From: an uncultured Candidatus Peribacteria bacterium
GTDB taxonomy: Bacteria > Patescibacteriota > Gracilibacteria > Absconditabacterales > Absconditicoccaceae
NCBI GenBank assembly: GCA_964563595.1
Contig: CAZLWR010000001.1
Span: 9,857-73,856, forward strand
Length of the DNA stretch: 64,000 nucleotides
Direction: 5' to 3'
The notes under the pieces are model-generated. The model made no database searches and was not told where the DNA came from. It saw nothing but the letters and a program-made list of their open reading frames with translations. The position numbers were made by a program, and so were the translations under genes. This document shows, piece after piece, positions 1 to 12,152 of the stretch (its first letter is position 1; the number at the start of each line of letters is the position of its first letter).

Positions 1-3000
1 TGTTTTCCCTGCATCAACAATGGCTTCCAGAAGGTTTGCACCCAATGCGAGGTTACTATTTATCTTATCAATAATGAAGATGGCATTGTTTACCACGATA
101 CCGATAAGTGATATAAAACCAATCATGAATGGCATACTATAGGGATTTCAGGTTATCCAAAGTCATATGTTGGCACCCAACAACGCTGTAATGATAGAAT
201 AGAGAATGATGATGGATTGTGAAAAACTATTGAATTGATAGATAAGAATCAAAAATATAAGAAATATAGCTACCGCAAAGGCAACCATTGTTGCTTGGAT
301 CAAATCTGCATTTGCTGCATTTTCTCATCATGCTTTGTAGGATATTCCTGCAGGGAATTGATAGCTTGATGCAAAGGTGACCAGTTTGGGTTGAAAGTCG
401 GTTGGAGTCTTTCCTATTTCCAGGTCTGATTCTACGGTGATAGTTAAATCTCAATCTTTTCTACTCAAGAGATTGAGAGACTGGTTAATAGAATACTCCG
501 CAACCGAACCAAGCATAATGGGTCAGTTTTTGGTATTGATTATGGTGCTTAAAAGGACTTCTGGTGTCAGATTATTTTTAAATCATTTATATTTTACGAT
601 AATATCTCTGTCTTTTTTCTCAAGTGATATGGTCCCTGCATTTTGACCCAAGAGAGCAGACAATACTTCTCCCTGAAAATCACTTGGATTTAGTCATAGC
701 TCTGCAAGTTTATTGCGATCTCGGGTAAATTCGAATTGTCATGGATTGTTCTTACTGGAATTACTGACATTTGTGGTTCCCTCTAGAGACTTCAGGTAAG
801 TTTCAAAATCGACAGAGACTTTTTTGAGTGAGTTGAGTAGGGAAGTATCATCTGCAATAAGCTGAACTCCTACGGCCTTACCTGTGGGCGGTCAACCTTC
901 TTGTACTTTTGATTCCACGGTATATCACTTTTCTTTGAGATAAGCAAGCATACTGAGTAGTTCATCCTGTACTTCAAAACTATTCTTCTGTCTTTTGCCT
1001 TTTTTGACCAATCTAACAGCGATGTTGATGGTATTATTACTTACTACAAGATTGAAGTTTCTGAGTTCAGGTAGATCTGCTATAATCTGACTGACTTTGG
1101 GGGCCAGGGACTTCATACTGTCTGTCGTTGCTCATTCCTTGGTACTGATAGCAATATTCATGAATTCATTGTCCCCTGAGGGGAAAAGCGTAAAGCCTAT
1201 ACTGCCAGAAAGAAATACAAAACTCATGATCAATAATGCAACAGGCCCGAGATAAGATCGTTTTCTCCAAAATCTATGTTCCAGAATTCGATGTAATTTA
1301 GTACTATACCAATGGGCAACGGTATTTATGAATTTGTCGGTTGCTGGCTGTGCCTCGGCATTTCTTGCTTGCTTTCCTTCTTGTTCGAGTTTTAATAGTT
1401 CTTTATCTTCTTCACTCAGTAGTATTTCTTCGTCTTCTCATTCTTCGTAATCCTTAGGTTTAAAATAGTAATTCTGATTAATATTTAATTTCCAAAAAAT
1501 TGCATTATTGATAGAAGATGCCAAAAATAAACTTGCTGCAAGTGTAATAAAGATGGTAATAGGTATATATGCTAAGAACTTTCCTGTGATACCCGGCAGT
1601 GCAAGCATAGGTAAAAATACAATCATATTTGCTAGCGAACTGGTTATATTTGGTTTGGCATATTGTTTGAGGGCTAGTAGTACAGCGGTTTTTGCATTAT
1701 ATCCCTTCTTCATCAGTTCGTATGCGGCTTCTATAATCACAATGACGGTATCGATCCCCATACCAAAGGTGAGCACCAATGAAAAATTAGTAAGGAAGTT
1801 GAGCGTATAGCCCATCCGGTTCAGGACGATAAAGGTGATGAAAAATGATAGAGGCATAGCGAGGGTAGCAATGAGAGACTGTTTCAGTCCTACAAAAACC
1901 CGCATAATCAGAAAAATGAGTATGACCGATTGGACGGCATTTGATCCTAGTGATGCATAGTCATCAATAATAATCTCAGATAAGTCCGTTGTGTATTCTA
2001 CTTTTATACCTGCATAGATTGGTTTTTGTAATTCTTTCTCGATGAGCTTTTTGGCTTCACCTGCGTTTTCAAATACGTTCGAACGATTTGCCTTGTAGAT
2101 TACAAGCGTGGTTGCTACGTTGTCGCCATCTGCTTTTATTCACCCATATCCTAATGAAGTATCTTTATAATTTCTTTCTATAGTGGCTATGTCTGCAAGT
2201 CTAATATATCTTTTTGGACCCTGTGTGCCAATCGTGAGGTTGATGGGTATATCCATAAGTTCGCTTACAGTTGTTATTTTTCCTTTGATTCTATAATCGT
2301 ACTTGAAATTTCCCAGCGTGTGATTCCCCAGTGGCAAGTTGGCATTAAAGTTCCTGATTGATTGAGTTACTTGTCCAAGTGTTAGACCTAATTGTTGAAG
2401 TCTTTTTTCGTCAAGAAGTACATCTATATCATATTGATTGTCTACTGTTGATCATCATCCCATACCTCATCCATCTCCTACTGAACCAATTTTAGCGTCT
2501 ACAATAGGCCCCTCTCATTTCAAGTCATCCGCTAGTTGGTAAGCAAGAGTTCTTAAGTGGTTTATAGAAAAAGACTTCGCATCAGCATAGAGCATCATTT
2601 CAAACAAAAGTTCGTTTGCTGTACTGATTTCGGTCACCGTTGGGTCTTTCGCGTCTGTTGGTAGACTAACTTTTGCTATTTCATTTTTGACATCGTTGAT
2701 AAAATCTTTTACATTTGTTTCGTTTTTTAGCGTAACAACAAGGCTTGATATACCTACTGATGAACTTGCATCTATATTATCAATTCCATCAAGATTCTCT
2801 ATTTTATCTTGTAATTTGGTAGTAATGAGCTGATCAATATCTACGGGATTTGCTCCTGGATAAGCAGTAGTGATACTGATAAGTCAGAACTTAATATCTG
2901 GCGAGGATTCTTTTGGAATTTGAAAGGCAGCAAAAAGGCCATATCCTACGAGTAGAATAGTTAACATAACAGATATTCTGAAGTTTTTGATTCGTCGTCC

Positions 3001-3027
3001 AAAGAAATTATTTTCTAATGAATCCAT
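1..3027 (-). CDS. RND (AcrB/MMPL-like) efflux transporter; 3' end runs off the window start
   Basis: The minus frame is open from ATG (3027) to position 1 once TGA=Gly. Standard-code fragments 925..1116, 1438..1905 and 2140..2337 share this frame, and I found no in-frame TAA/TAG. The N-terminus MDSLENNFF..VMLTILLVGYGLFA..PDIKF-G-LISITTAYPGANP and the TM block LAMPLSFFITFIVL..GMGIDTVIVIIEA are typical RND features. Confidence 0.85.
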
Positions 3028-3285
3028 ATAGGGGTGCAGCTGCGGGGACATACGAAAAATAGATAACTATAAATTGCACAAGAAGGCATTGTATACAATT
3101 AGACTGAAAAATGAAGACGAGTTGAATGAAATGACAAATTTCTCGAGTTATTATTTTCGTGATAAGTCAATTATGAAGTTATATTTATATGATAATATTT
3201 TCTTTTTATACCATTTTTATGGCATCCTTATTTGAAAGCTAGACATGAAAAGTTATGATGTATTTTTGTACCCTCTAAGAATTTG

Positions 3286-4362
3286 ATGAATCAAAACAGT
3301 GAACTTATTATATCCGATCAGCTAGCCATTGATTGAAAGAAGATATGCCTTGTGGGTAATCGATGACATCATAATTTTGGTGATGAGCTCATATGTATCG
3401 GACTTATTAAGCTGCTTATAAAACACAATGTTGAAGACTGAAAGCTAAAGGCTTTATATGTTTCTTGCGGAGACAGTAGCTTTCTCAAGGAGTTTTATCG
3501 TTATTTTTTTTCAGAACAAGAGTTGAAATATATTCATTATATTCAAGAAATCCCCCATGGGTTTAGATCGTGATGGCGTTTTCTAACTTCTAAGCTTACA
3601 GATCTTTGGACTTACTTTCGTTGTGATACATTTATTATAGGCTGAGGGGAATTGTTTACTGAAGAAACACCAGGTAGTTATCTTTATTGGTTTGTTTCAT
3701 TATTTCCTTTTTGGTTGCGTAGCTTATTTAAACCAACAAGATTATATGTAATGTGAGGTATGCAAGAACCTAGAACTTGGTATAATAAACTACTCTTAAA
3801 GTGGATCGTCAAGTCTACTTCAGCTTGTTTTTTGAGAGATGAAGAAAGCGTGGATGCCGCAAAGAAAACAAAACATATGCTCCCAAGTTCAGCTACTTGA
3901 GCCATATCTCGATTTATAGATACGAGTTATTTTGCATTAGATTATGTCACTCTCCAGAAAAATAACATAAAAGATAATCAGAAGACAAAACATATTATTG
4001 TTAATACTAACCCATTATCTACCAAATGGACTGCAGAACTGTCTGACATTGTCTGACAGTATCATGTCTTGGGATATCAGGTCTATTTCTTACCTGCATT
4101 TTTTACAAGCAATCCGCAACAAGATGATATGGCTTGTTATGAGCTTTTAAAGAAACAACATAACTTTATTCAATTACTGGATCGAAGAAACTGGGATCAG
4201 TTTATCCCTTTATTTATGAGCACAGAAAAGATATTTTGCTCAAGACTTCATGTATTTCTTGTGGCTGCTTTTCTGGATAAAGATGTTCAAGCCTATCCTT
4301 ACCAAAAAAAGATTTCCAAGAATAGGGAAATTCTAAAAAGATCTTGAGTTTTAAAAGAATAA
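3286..4362 (+). CDS. polysaccharide pyruvyl transferase family protein
   Basis: A single frame-1 ORF appears when TGA=Gly; I checked it triplet by triplet. Motifs seen: KICLVGN-W-G-HHNFGDELI, IIG-G-GELF, and a C-terminal SRLHVFLVAAFLDKDVQAYPYQKKI. The antisense ORF 3684..3905 is a shadow. Confidence 0.75.
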
Positions 4363-4469
4363 GTGTTTTATTGTTGTCACAATAGTGCATGCCTCTTGTA
4401 TACTCAGAGGCTTATAGCTGTATTATATTTTTTAAAGATTATATTTATCTACTTTATATAGTATACTAC

Positions 4470-5468
4470 ATGAAAAAAACTCTTTTATCTGCTTTTGCTG
4501 CTTTGTTTGCAGTAAGTAGTATCGCAGCGATTGCTGGCGGGACTAGAATGGTGACTAATGTTGTAGATCCTGCAAATGAAAACGGCACTGCAAAGCCGAT
4601 TTGGGTGGATCCAGATTATCCCAATGGAGGTAACATTACTTATAACTTTGATGCGTTGGATTTGAAAACCTATGTAGCAACAAATAAATCTACTATTGTA
4701 AAGGTCAGATGTGATAGCAAAGCTATTCTTAAGGCCCTTGGTGTTACTACTGCGAAGGTGATATCTATAGGAATCCAAGAATGAGATTTCACTTTCACCT
4801 ATGACTTCAATAACTGCTCTTTTTGGGCAGGTAGGATCAACTATCTTCAGGCTACTGACGTAATAACTGATGATGTTGCTATCAAAATGGCAAAAGACTT
4901 TTTAGCGAAAAGTGAGGCATTGGGTTATTTTAAAACTATGGTTGGTGAACCGATTATTATGTATAGAAATAACTTTGATGCACAGGGTATAGCAAGAGAA
5001 GGAAAGTCTTATTCTCTTACAGTTGCTTTCCCAATTAGGATTTCTGGTAAATCTGTTTATCAAACCTATGGAGATCCACTTGGTTTGACTATGGAAGTAA
5101 ACAATCAGGGTGTTAGCAGTGCAAATGCTGGTATATTGCCTTTTGGCCTATTGAAGGCAGATAGCTACAAGCTTTCAGTAGATGACTTGCTCGCATTTTT
5201 GAAAAAAGGATGAAACAATCCTTATTATCCACCTTATGTTGTGTGAGTAGATAATGCCCAGTTGAAAGCCGAAGTAAAAGCGACTAGTTTTGACAAGATA
5301 TGGGTTATCAACTACAAATATCCTCCTTATGGTGGACAGCCTTCTATCTATCTTACCAGTTGAATTAGAATAAAGACTGATAAAAAACTCGATAATGGTC
5401 CTGGTACAGAAAAGAGAGATTACAATATGGTGGTTAGTGACTATAAAGTAGCAAACAATTATTACTAA
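4470..5468 (+). CDS. secreted hypothetical protein (N-terminal signal peptide)
   Basis: It starts MKKTLLSAFAALFAVSSIAAIAGG. Fragments 4389..4784 and 4887..5213 lie in the same frame and are joined through TGA codons. It ends at TAA 5466..5468 and is followed by a strong terminator. Confidence 0.75.
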
Positions 5469-5493
5469 GATTACACTATAAATTAATCCAATA

Positions 5494-5533
5494 AACCTGT
5501 TTGATGCTTCTTTTTTGCAAACAGGTTTTTTTT
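5494..5533 (+). terminator. rho-independent terminator
   Basis: A 10-bp perfect stem, AACCTGTTTG (5494-5503) / CAAACAGGTT (5518-5527), is followed by a T-run. Confidence 0.8.
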
Positions 5534-5599
5534 GTTATCTTGTATTGAGACAGTATTTTGTTACTAATTATTCAGTTTATTATATATTTCACTATACCT

Positions 5600-6154
5600 A
5601 TGGCAGACTTAGAAATAGGGGGATTGGAGTCGAGCCAGAATACTGGCAATGAATGATCTGAGGTTAGTAAAGAAGACTTAGTTCGTGTTAATGAACAGTT
5701 AGGTGAGTCGAGAAAGTATCGTGGGATGATAGGATCTTCAGTTACAACCAACACTAATATTGCTGCTTTTTTGAAATTCCTTATTGTGGAAATTAATGCA
5801 AATGAGTTTTGGGACACTATAGAATGTTTTTATGTAAGAGCCGGCATTGGAGAGCTCATGTTTTTGAGTACTACTTTTTGTGCCTGTATGTTGCCTTTGT
5901 ATCCGGAGAAAGCAGATGAATTATGAATGGATAAGGCTTTCTCTGTAGATTATCATATACCGATCTCATTCTATGATTATTTGCCCTATATTCAGAAAGT
6001 ATTTGCTCATGATAAGGAGAGTTGGAAAGTAGATGAAAAAAAGTTTATAGTCTTTTTGCGTAAAATTGTAGATCTGTGGAATATAGTGCCGGAGGACAAA
6101 CTTGCTCTTAGCCAGATAAAAATTGATGCCTTATCACAACCATGATCTCCGTAG
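5600..6154 (+). CDS. hypothetical protein
   Basis: ATG 5600 opens a frame that joins ORFs 5726..5926 and 5927..6145 through TGA. It ends at TAG 6152..6154 and overlaps the next gene's start by 13 nt. Confidence 0.6.
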
Positions 6155-7143
6155 TTATACCAACAAGAGGAAGGGGTGATTTTAGTAAGTTGATAGACTT
6201 ATTGAGGTCACTGGAACAGCAAACTCTGCAAGCAGAGGAGATTTTAATTATTATTGATTTTGATATTCCAAAAAAACCTTTGTTGCATGCCATTAAAGAA
6301 TCAAAGCTCCGTCTTCATAGTATGCAGATACTCAATCAAGATGGGTATAGACTCAGTGCTGCGAGAAACTGGGGCGTGAAACAAGCACAGTGAGATTATA
6401 TTTTGTTGTGTGATGATGATATTCTCTTGCAAGATGAGTATTGTCTTGAGAATCTGTATGAAGAGTACCATATGAAGCCAGTCCACAATTATTCCGATTT
6501 ATTGTCCAATGTTTGAGACATGTGAAATCCTCATTGAGGACATATTCTCTATCCTACTATTACGTTTCATGATACTGGTAAGATCCAGACACAATGATTT
6601 ATATCTTACAACTGGCTTTTATGTTGGCCAGTGCCGAAATATGGTATAGAATGGAAGAGCAAGTTCCGGAAATGGCTACCGGTTTCATGGGTAGAAACTC
6701 AACCGAGATATGGTGATGTTCAGCTCATTTGATCTATTTGCATATTCGGGAGCAAATCGACATTTTTAAATTATCCTTATGATGAACGTTTTGTGTTTAT
6801 TTATGAGGATTTGGAGCGGAGCTATCGTATGTATAGAGCGGGAGTAGCATTATATGTTTCCAAGAATATTACAGTGCAACACTGGGAAAATGACAAAAAT
6901 ATGCTAGCTTGGTCGTATATCGATACACCGGATCATGTGTATCTCAAAACAAGACATAGGATCCGATTCGCTCTCAAACATGCCCAGGGATTGCAGCTAC
7001 TTCTATTTTATACAATCGGCTTTTGGGTTAGTAATGCTTGGACATTGCTTTATATAATGCTGTATGGAAGAAGGAAGAACAAGCTGATTCAGTCCTGGTG
7101 GAAAGGGATCGCTGATTGACTGGCTTATGAAAAGTTTGAATAA
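6142..7143 (+). CDS. family 2 glycosyltransferase
   Basis: MISVVIPTRGRGD..LLRSLEQQT..(TGA)DYILLCDDDILL shows the typical GT2 N-terminal VVIPT and DDD motifs. Fragments 6142..6393 and 6793..7119 are in frame and joined via 6 TGA codons. Confidence 0.8.
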
Positions 7144-7184
7144 TCCTAGAATATAAAATACTCTTTTATCGTTTGTTAGGGGAT

Positions 7185-8906
7185 ATGCCAAAAAGTAAGA
7201 TTTTACCAACTGATTTTGTTCTACATACGCGAGATGATGTAAGGCTCTATTATGATCAGGTTATTTCTCAACCAATCAATAGCGTTGATGATCTTAAGAG
7301 GTTTATAGATAATACATGCGATCTAGATGATTATCTTTCTGAAGATTACGCTCGAAGATATATCAAACAATCTTGTAATACTTTGGATCAAGACCTCAAG
7401 AAGCATTATGAGGAATTTGTTGATGCAGTTCAACCTGATCGATCAAAGACTTCAGATCTTATTAATAAGCTCATAGTCGCAAGTCCTTATACAAGTGAGT
7501 TGGAATGACCTTATGCTATATTGCTGAGATGAATAAAGAGGTCAATTGAGGTTTATAGAGAGGAAAATGTTCCCTTGGAGCAAGAAGTCGATAAGATTGG
7601 ACGTGCCTATTCAGAACTTGTTTCGAAAATGACTATAGAGCACAATGGTGAAGAACTGACCATGAAACAAGCATCTAAGTTCTTGAAGGAAAAAGACAGG
7701 AATTTGAGAAAAGTAATATGGGATAAAATGGTGACTAGGAAAGCTCAGGATTATGATGCTATCGATGCCATTCTGGACAAGTTAATTTCTCTTAGAACAA
7801 AAATGGCTCAAAATGCTTGATTTACTAATTTTGCAGATTTTAAGCACTTTGCTTTACAAAGATTCGATTATACTTTGGATGACATATATGCCTTCCATCA
7901 ATCAATCTATGAGATTATTTCTCCCTTGGCAAAAAGTATTACTGAACATAGAAGGAAAGTATTGTGACATGAGCTTAAGCCATATGATTTTGCTGTGAGT
8001 ATTTTTGATAAAAGCAGTAACGAATGTTATAAAGACAGCTCTGATCTTGTAGAAAAAATAGCAAGCTCGCTGAATAGCACATTCCAATGATTCGGTGACT
8101 TCATAAAAAAGCTAAGCACTTTAGGACAGCTTGATTTGACCACCAGGAAAGGTAAGGGACCCGGTGGTTATAACTATCCCTTGAGTACATCCGATAGCTC
8201 ATTCATTTTTATGAATGCAGTAAACGATAGTTATGGAATGTTTACTATGTTGCACGAAGCGTGACACGCACTTCATCACCATTATACCTATTGAATTGAG
8301 CCCTCGGCTTCTAGGCATCCTTGATCTGAGGTTTGTGAAATTGCTTCTATGGCTCAAGAATTGCTAAGTCTTGATAAATTGGAGAACTTTTTTGAAAATA
8401 AACAAGACTATACTATCGCTAGTATGGAAAAATTGGAAGATGATATCCTTACATTTCCCTGGATTGCTAAAATTGACTTATTTCAACAACGACTCTATAA
8501 AAATCCAAATCACACCCATGAAGAAAGAAATCATAAACGATGAGAATTAGCTCAGCAATATGCTAATAGTAGTGGCTTGGGTCAATATGATTCTTGGATA
8601 GGAGATTATGAAAATGCTTTATTATACCGTTGGCAGGGACAAATGCATATTTTTGATTTACCAATGTATTACATTGAGTACGCTATAGCAGGCTTAGCGG
8701 CAATTGCTATGTGGAAGAATTATTTGGAAATCCCTGAACAATGAATACAAAACTATATAAACTTACTTAAAGTAGGTAATACAAAAACAATGCCGGAGAT
8801 ATTTGAGACATGAGGTATCAAGTTTGATTTCTCTAGAGAGTATGTTCAAGAGCTTATGAATTTTATGCATACTAAATTGGAAGAATATTATAATAAGTTG
8901 TGATAA
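7185..8906 (+). CDS. pepF: M3-family oligoendopeptidase F
   Basis: The zinc motif HEA-G-HALHH has its Gly encoded by TGA at 8262..8264. The C-terminal part carries FQQ-W-LYKNP..EERNHK-W-G-EL with CGA at the Trp positions. All fragments (7173.., 7575.., 8349..) are in one frame. Confidence 0.85.
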
Positions 8907-8940
8907 TTTCAGATTATATTATATATAACATAAGCAGACG

Positions 8941-9492
8941 ATGACAGATTTACAGCATATTAAGAACTTTTGTATTATAGCTCACATTGATCATGGTAAA
9001 TCTACCTTGGCAGACAGATTGATGGAGATCACGGGTACGATAAAAAAGTCTGACCATGGTCAAGTTTTAGACAAGCTGGAGTTAGAACAGGAAAGAGGAA
9101 TCACGATCAAACTCGCACCTGTTAGAATGAATCGAAAGGGCTATCAACTCAATCTCATTGATACTCCGTGACATGTGGATTTCCAGTATGAGGTAAGTAG
9201 ATCTTTGGCGGCAGTGGAGGGTGCAATATTATTGGTGGATGCGAGTCAGGGTATCCAAGCACAGACCTTGAGCGTACTTTATATGGCTATGGAGTATGGC
9301 CTAGAAATCATCCCTGTTTTGAATAAAATAGACCTACCTGCTGCAAGACCCGAAATGGTTGGTAAAGAAATAGAGGGATTGTTGTGAGTGCCCTATGAAG
9401 ATATCCTTGCAGTGAGTGGTAAAACTGGCCAAAATGTCGAACAACTTCTCGATTTAATTATTGCTAAGATACCCAGTCCAAGACTAGATTAA
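8941..9492 (+). CDS. lepA: LepA/EF4 GTPase-domain-only fragment (183 aa; truncated or pseudogene remnant)
   Basis: [27 protein letters not shown] (TGA 9169..9171), NKIDLP and IAKIPSP are present, then TAA at 9490..9492. The roughly 420 aa that normally follow are absent, and the next gene starts at 9519. Confidence 0.8.
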
Positions 9493-9518
9493 TCAATGCA
9501 GATTCAGATTGTTTCGAT

Positions 9519-10211
9519 ATGCCTATGCTTGAGTTTGTTACATCTCTTACAAAAAAGAAATTATTGCCATGGCTGGTATTGATGGGAGGGTTTACCGTAT
9601 TATTTATTTGGTGAGCAAATAGTGCGGTCAATAGACAGGCTACGAGTTATATGGTAGAGTTTCATGAAGTAGTAGGGCAGTATGATGCGGCAATTATTTT
9701 GGGTGCAAAAGTATACGCCAATGGTGCTCTTGGTGCTGTTGTTCGTGATAGAGCCGATATGGCTATCAAATTGTATAAGGCCGGTAAGGTAAAAAAACTG
9801 CTAGCAAGTGCTGACAATAGTAATTACAACTATAATGAAACAAAGGCTATCTATATCTATCTTATAGATAATGGAGTAACGAAGAACGACATCTTTTTGG
9901 ATTTTGCCGGATTTGACACCTATGATAGTATGTATAGAGCTAAACATAATTTTCTCATTAAAACGTTGTTGATCCCCAACCATCTCAATTACTGTCCCAG
10001 GAGTTTATATCTAGCTCGTCATTTAGGTATAGATGCCTGGTGTGTTACTATGCCAAAATGGTTCAAACCCAAGACGATCAGCGGCTATTACAGAGAGAGT
10101 TTTGCAAAAGTAAAAGCCCGGATCGATATTATGTTGTGATCCAAGGCTTATTTTGCTTGAGAAGATACCTATCCTATTGATAGTACTGGTAACGCAGTAA
10201 TGTTCTATTAG
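9519..10211 (+). CDS. SanA/YdcF-like DUF218 membrane protein
   Basis: It has an N-terminal TM (LLPWLVLMGGFTVLFIW), then DAAIILGAKVY.NG....V.RDRAD.AIKLYKAGKV.KLL.S.D and GFDTYDS.YRA. Confidence 0.7.
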
Positions 10212-10217
10212 CTATAA

Positions 10218-10760
10218 TTAACCCAAGCTAATCATATCTTCTTCATCTATAGCAATTTTTTCTTCAGCATCTATTTGGCCGTTTTCTACAACATCTTTTA
10301 TTGCTTCTAAAAGAGTTTTTAAATAACTAAAACTTTTTTCATCAAGCTGAGTTCCTCTGCTCTTCACGGATACTCTCTCGGATCCATTCTTAGAATAAGA
10401 AATTTGCGTAGTAGAAGAATTTCTGAAATCACCTCACTCTGACTGTTTAGAATGGATTGAATATGTATTTGAACCTACAATCAAAGTCGCCCTTATCTCT
10501 TCGCTGGACCAACTACTCATGGCCTCGGTTAGGCCAGATGATTCTTGTAACCTTAATGCATATGCAACTTCTTGTTTTACTTTCTCTATTGTTGTTATTC
10601 ATTTTCATTCTTGAGAAAAAGTATTATCACCTCTCATATCATTTGAATAAGTTGTTTTTTTCATTTTCTTTTTATCAACAAAACTGTACATTACTTTTTT
10701 GAGTTCTTGAATTTGCTCAGATGTAGTTTGGGCACTGGGTGAGGGTGATGTTGTTAACAT
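10218..10760 (-). CDS. hypothetical protein
   Basis: A 181-codon minus-strand frame with no TAA/TAG (checked triplet by triplet) and 3 in-frame TGA. I recognised no motif. Confidence 0.55.
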
Positions 10761-10788
10761 AGTATATAAGTAAAGTATAAAAAAGAAT

Positions 10789-11556
10789 TTATTTTTGAGT
10801 TAACTTATTGGTTTCTCATTGTATTATTACTTTATAATAAGGACATACTTGTTGCAAAGGACATGGCTCACATTTTGGACTTCTAGCTGTGCAGTGATAT
10901 CTTCCAAATAATACGATACTATGATGAGCAATTGTTTTGTTTTTTTGGTAGATTAGATGCTCTAGTAGTATGCTTGTTTGTTCTGGCATATTTGTTTCCA
11001 CTCGTCCCAGCCTATTACACACTCTGTGAACGTGCGTATCTACTCCAATTTCTCCAGATCCATATAGTATATGACTTACTACCTTTGCAGTTTTAATGCC
11101 CACTCAGGGGAGTTCGGTAAGAACATCGGTAGACCTTGCTATAAGGTAGCCATACTCCTTGTAATATGATTTTTCTTTATTACTTGTCAAGTGTATATTA
11201 GAAGTAGATTGGGTTAGTAACAATTGAGCCGTCTTATAGATGTATAGTGCTTTTGCTTTATAAAAGCCTATGGATTTAATCTGTTCTTTCAACTTATCTC
11301 ATCATAGTTGTATAATATCTTTTGGAGATTTTATAATCTGAAACAGAGCAGTAGTCACTTTGTTTACTTGTTTATCTGTACATTGAGCGGAAAGAATGAC
11401 AGCAACAAGTAATTGGAATGGTGTTTCTCGATGAAGTTCAGTTGTGGTAGATGGAAACATCTTATGAATAACCATGAGTTCATTATTGATTTGCTTTTTG
11501 GTTTTTTTCATGAATGATTTAGTTATAGGTGAGTTATTGTCATTATATAAGGTCAT
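10789..11556 (-). CDS. nth: endonuclease III
   Basis: Motifs seen: FQLLVAVILSAQCTD; HhH motif LP-G-VGIKTA with Gly=TGA (11104..11106); VDTHVHRVCNRLG-W (CGA 11002..11004); and a 4Fe-4S cluster C-x6-C-x2-C-x5-C (CTARSPKCEPCPLQQVC). The true start may be the internal MKKTKK. Confidence 0.9.
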
Positions 11557-11599
11557 ACAAAATAATGTTTATTCTATTTTATTAATCTAGTTTAGTTTT

Positions 11600-12019
11600 A
11601 TGAATAATATCCCAACTCAAGAATGAGTAATAGAGTGCTTGAAGACTGTTGTTGATCCAGAATTCCCGTTAGTGGATATTTGGACAATGGGGCTTATCTA
11701 TCAGATAACAATTAACAGTGATCAGTGAATAGATACTAAAGAAAGTGATGTCAAGGTTACTCCGTCTTTGGCTCGCAATGATGTAGAGGGTGAACGGGAC
11801 GATGAGGGCTTTGTGAGTTATGGCGATCAAGGTCAGATTATGATAGATATGACTCTCACTACTCCTGCTTGTCCTGCTGCCGATTATCTACCAGAGGCTG
11901 CAAAAAATGCTGTTCAAAGTATGTATCCGGAATATAGTGTTTCTGTTTCTATGGTACGAGACCCAACTTGGACTATAGCAATGATAAAAGACGAAGACTT
12001 GAAAAGAATGTTTGAGTAA
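11600..12019 (+). CDS. DUF59/SufT-like Fe-S cluster assembly protein
   Basis: Motifs seen: VIECLKTVVDPEFPLVDIWTMGLIY and MTLTTPACPAADYLPE. It carries an acidic internal insert. Confidence 0.7.
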
Positions 12020-12106
12020 AATGAAATAAACAAATTCAATCTTAATAATAAAAAGTAATACATTGATTCATTTAGCTCTATGAAGTGAGATATCTTTTTA
12101 GTAATT

Positions 12107-12136
12107 AAAAAATCTCCCAGACTCGAGAGATTTTTT
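12107..12136. terminator. bidirectional hairpin terminator between convergent genes
   Basis: AAAAAATCTC..GAGATTTTTT is an A-run/T-run flanked hairpin lying between the stops at 12019 (+) and 12153 (-). Confidence 0.55.
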
Positions 12137-12152
12137 GTTGATTCATTCGGTT

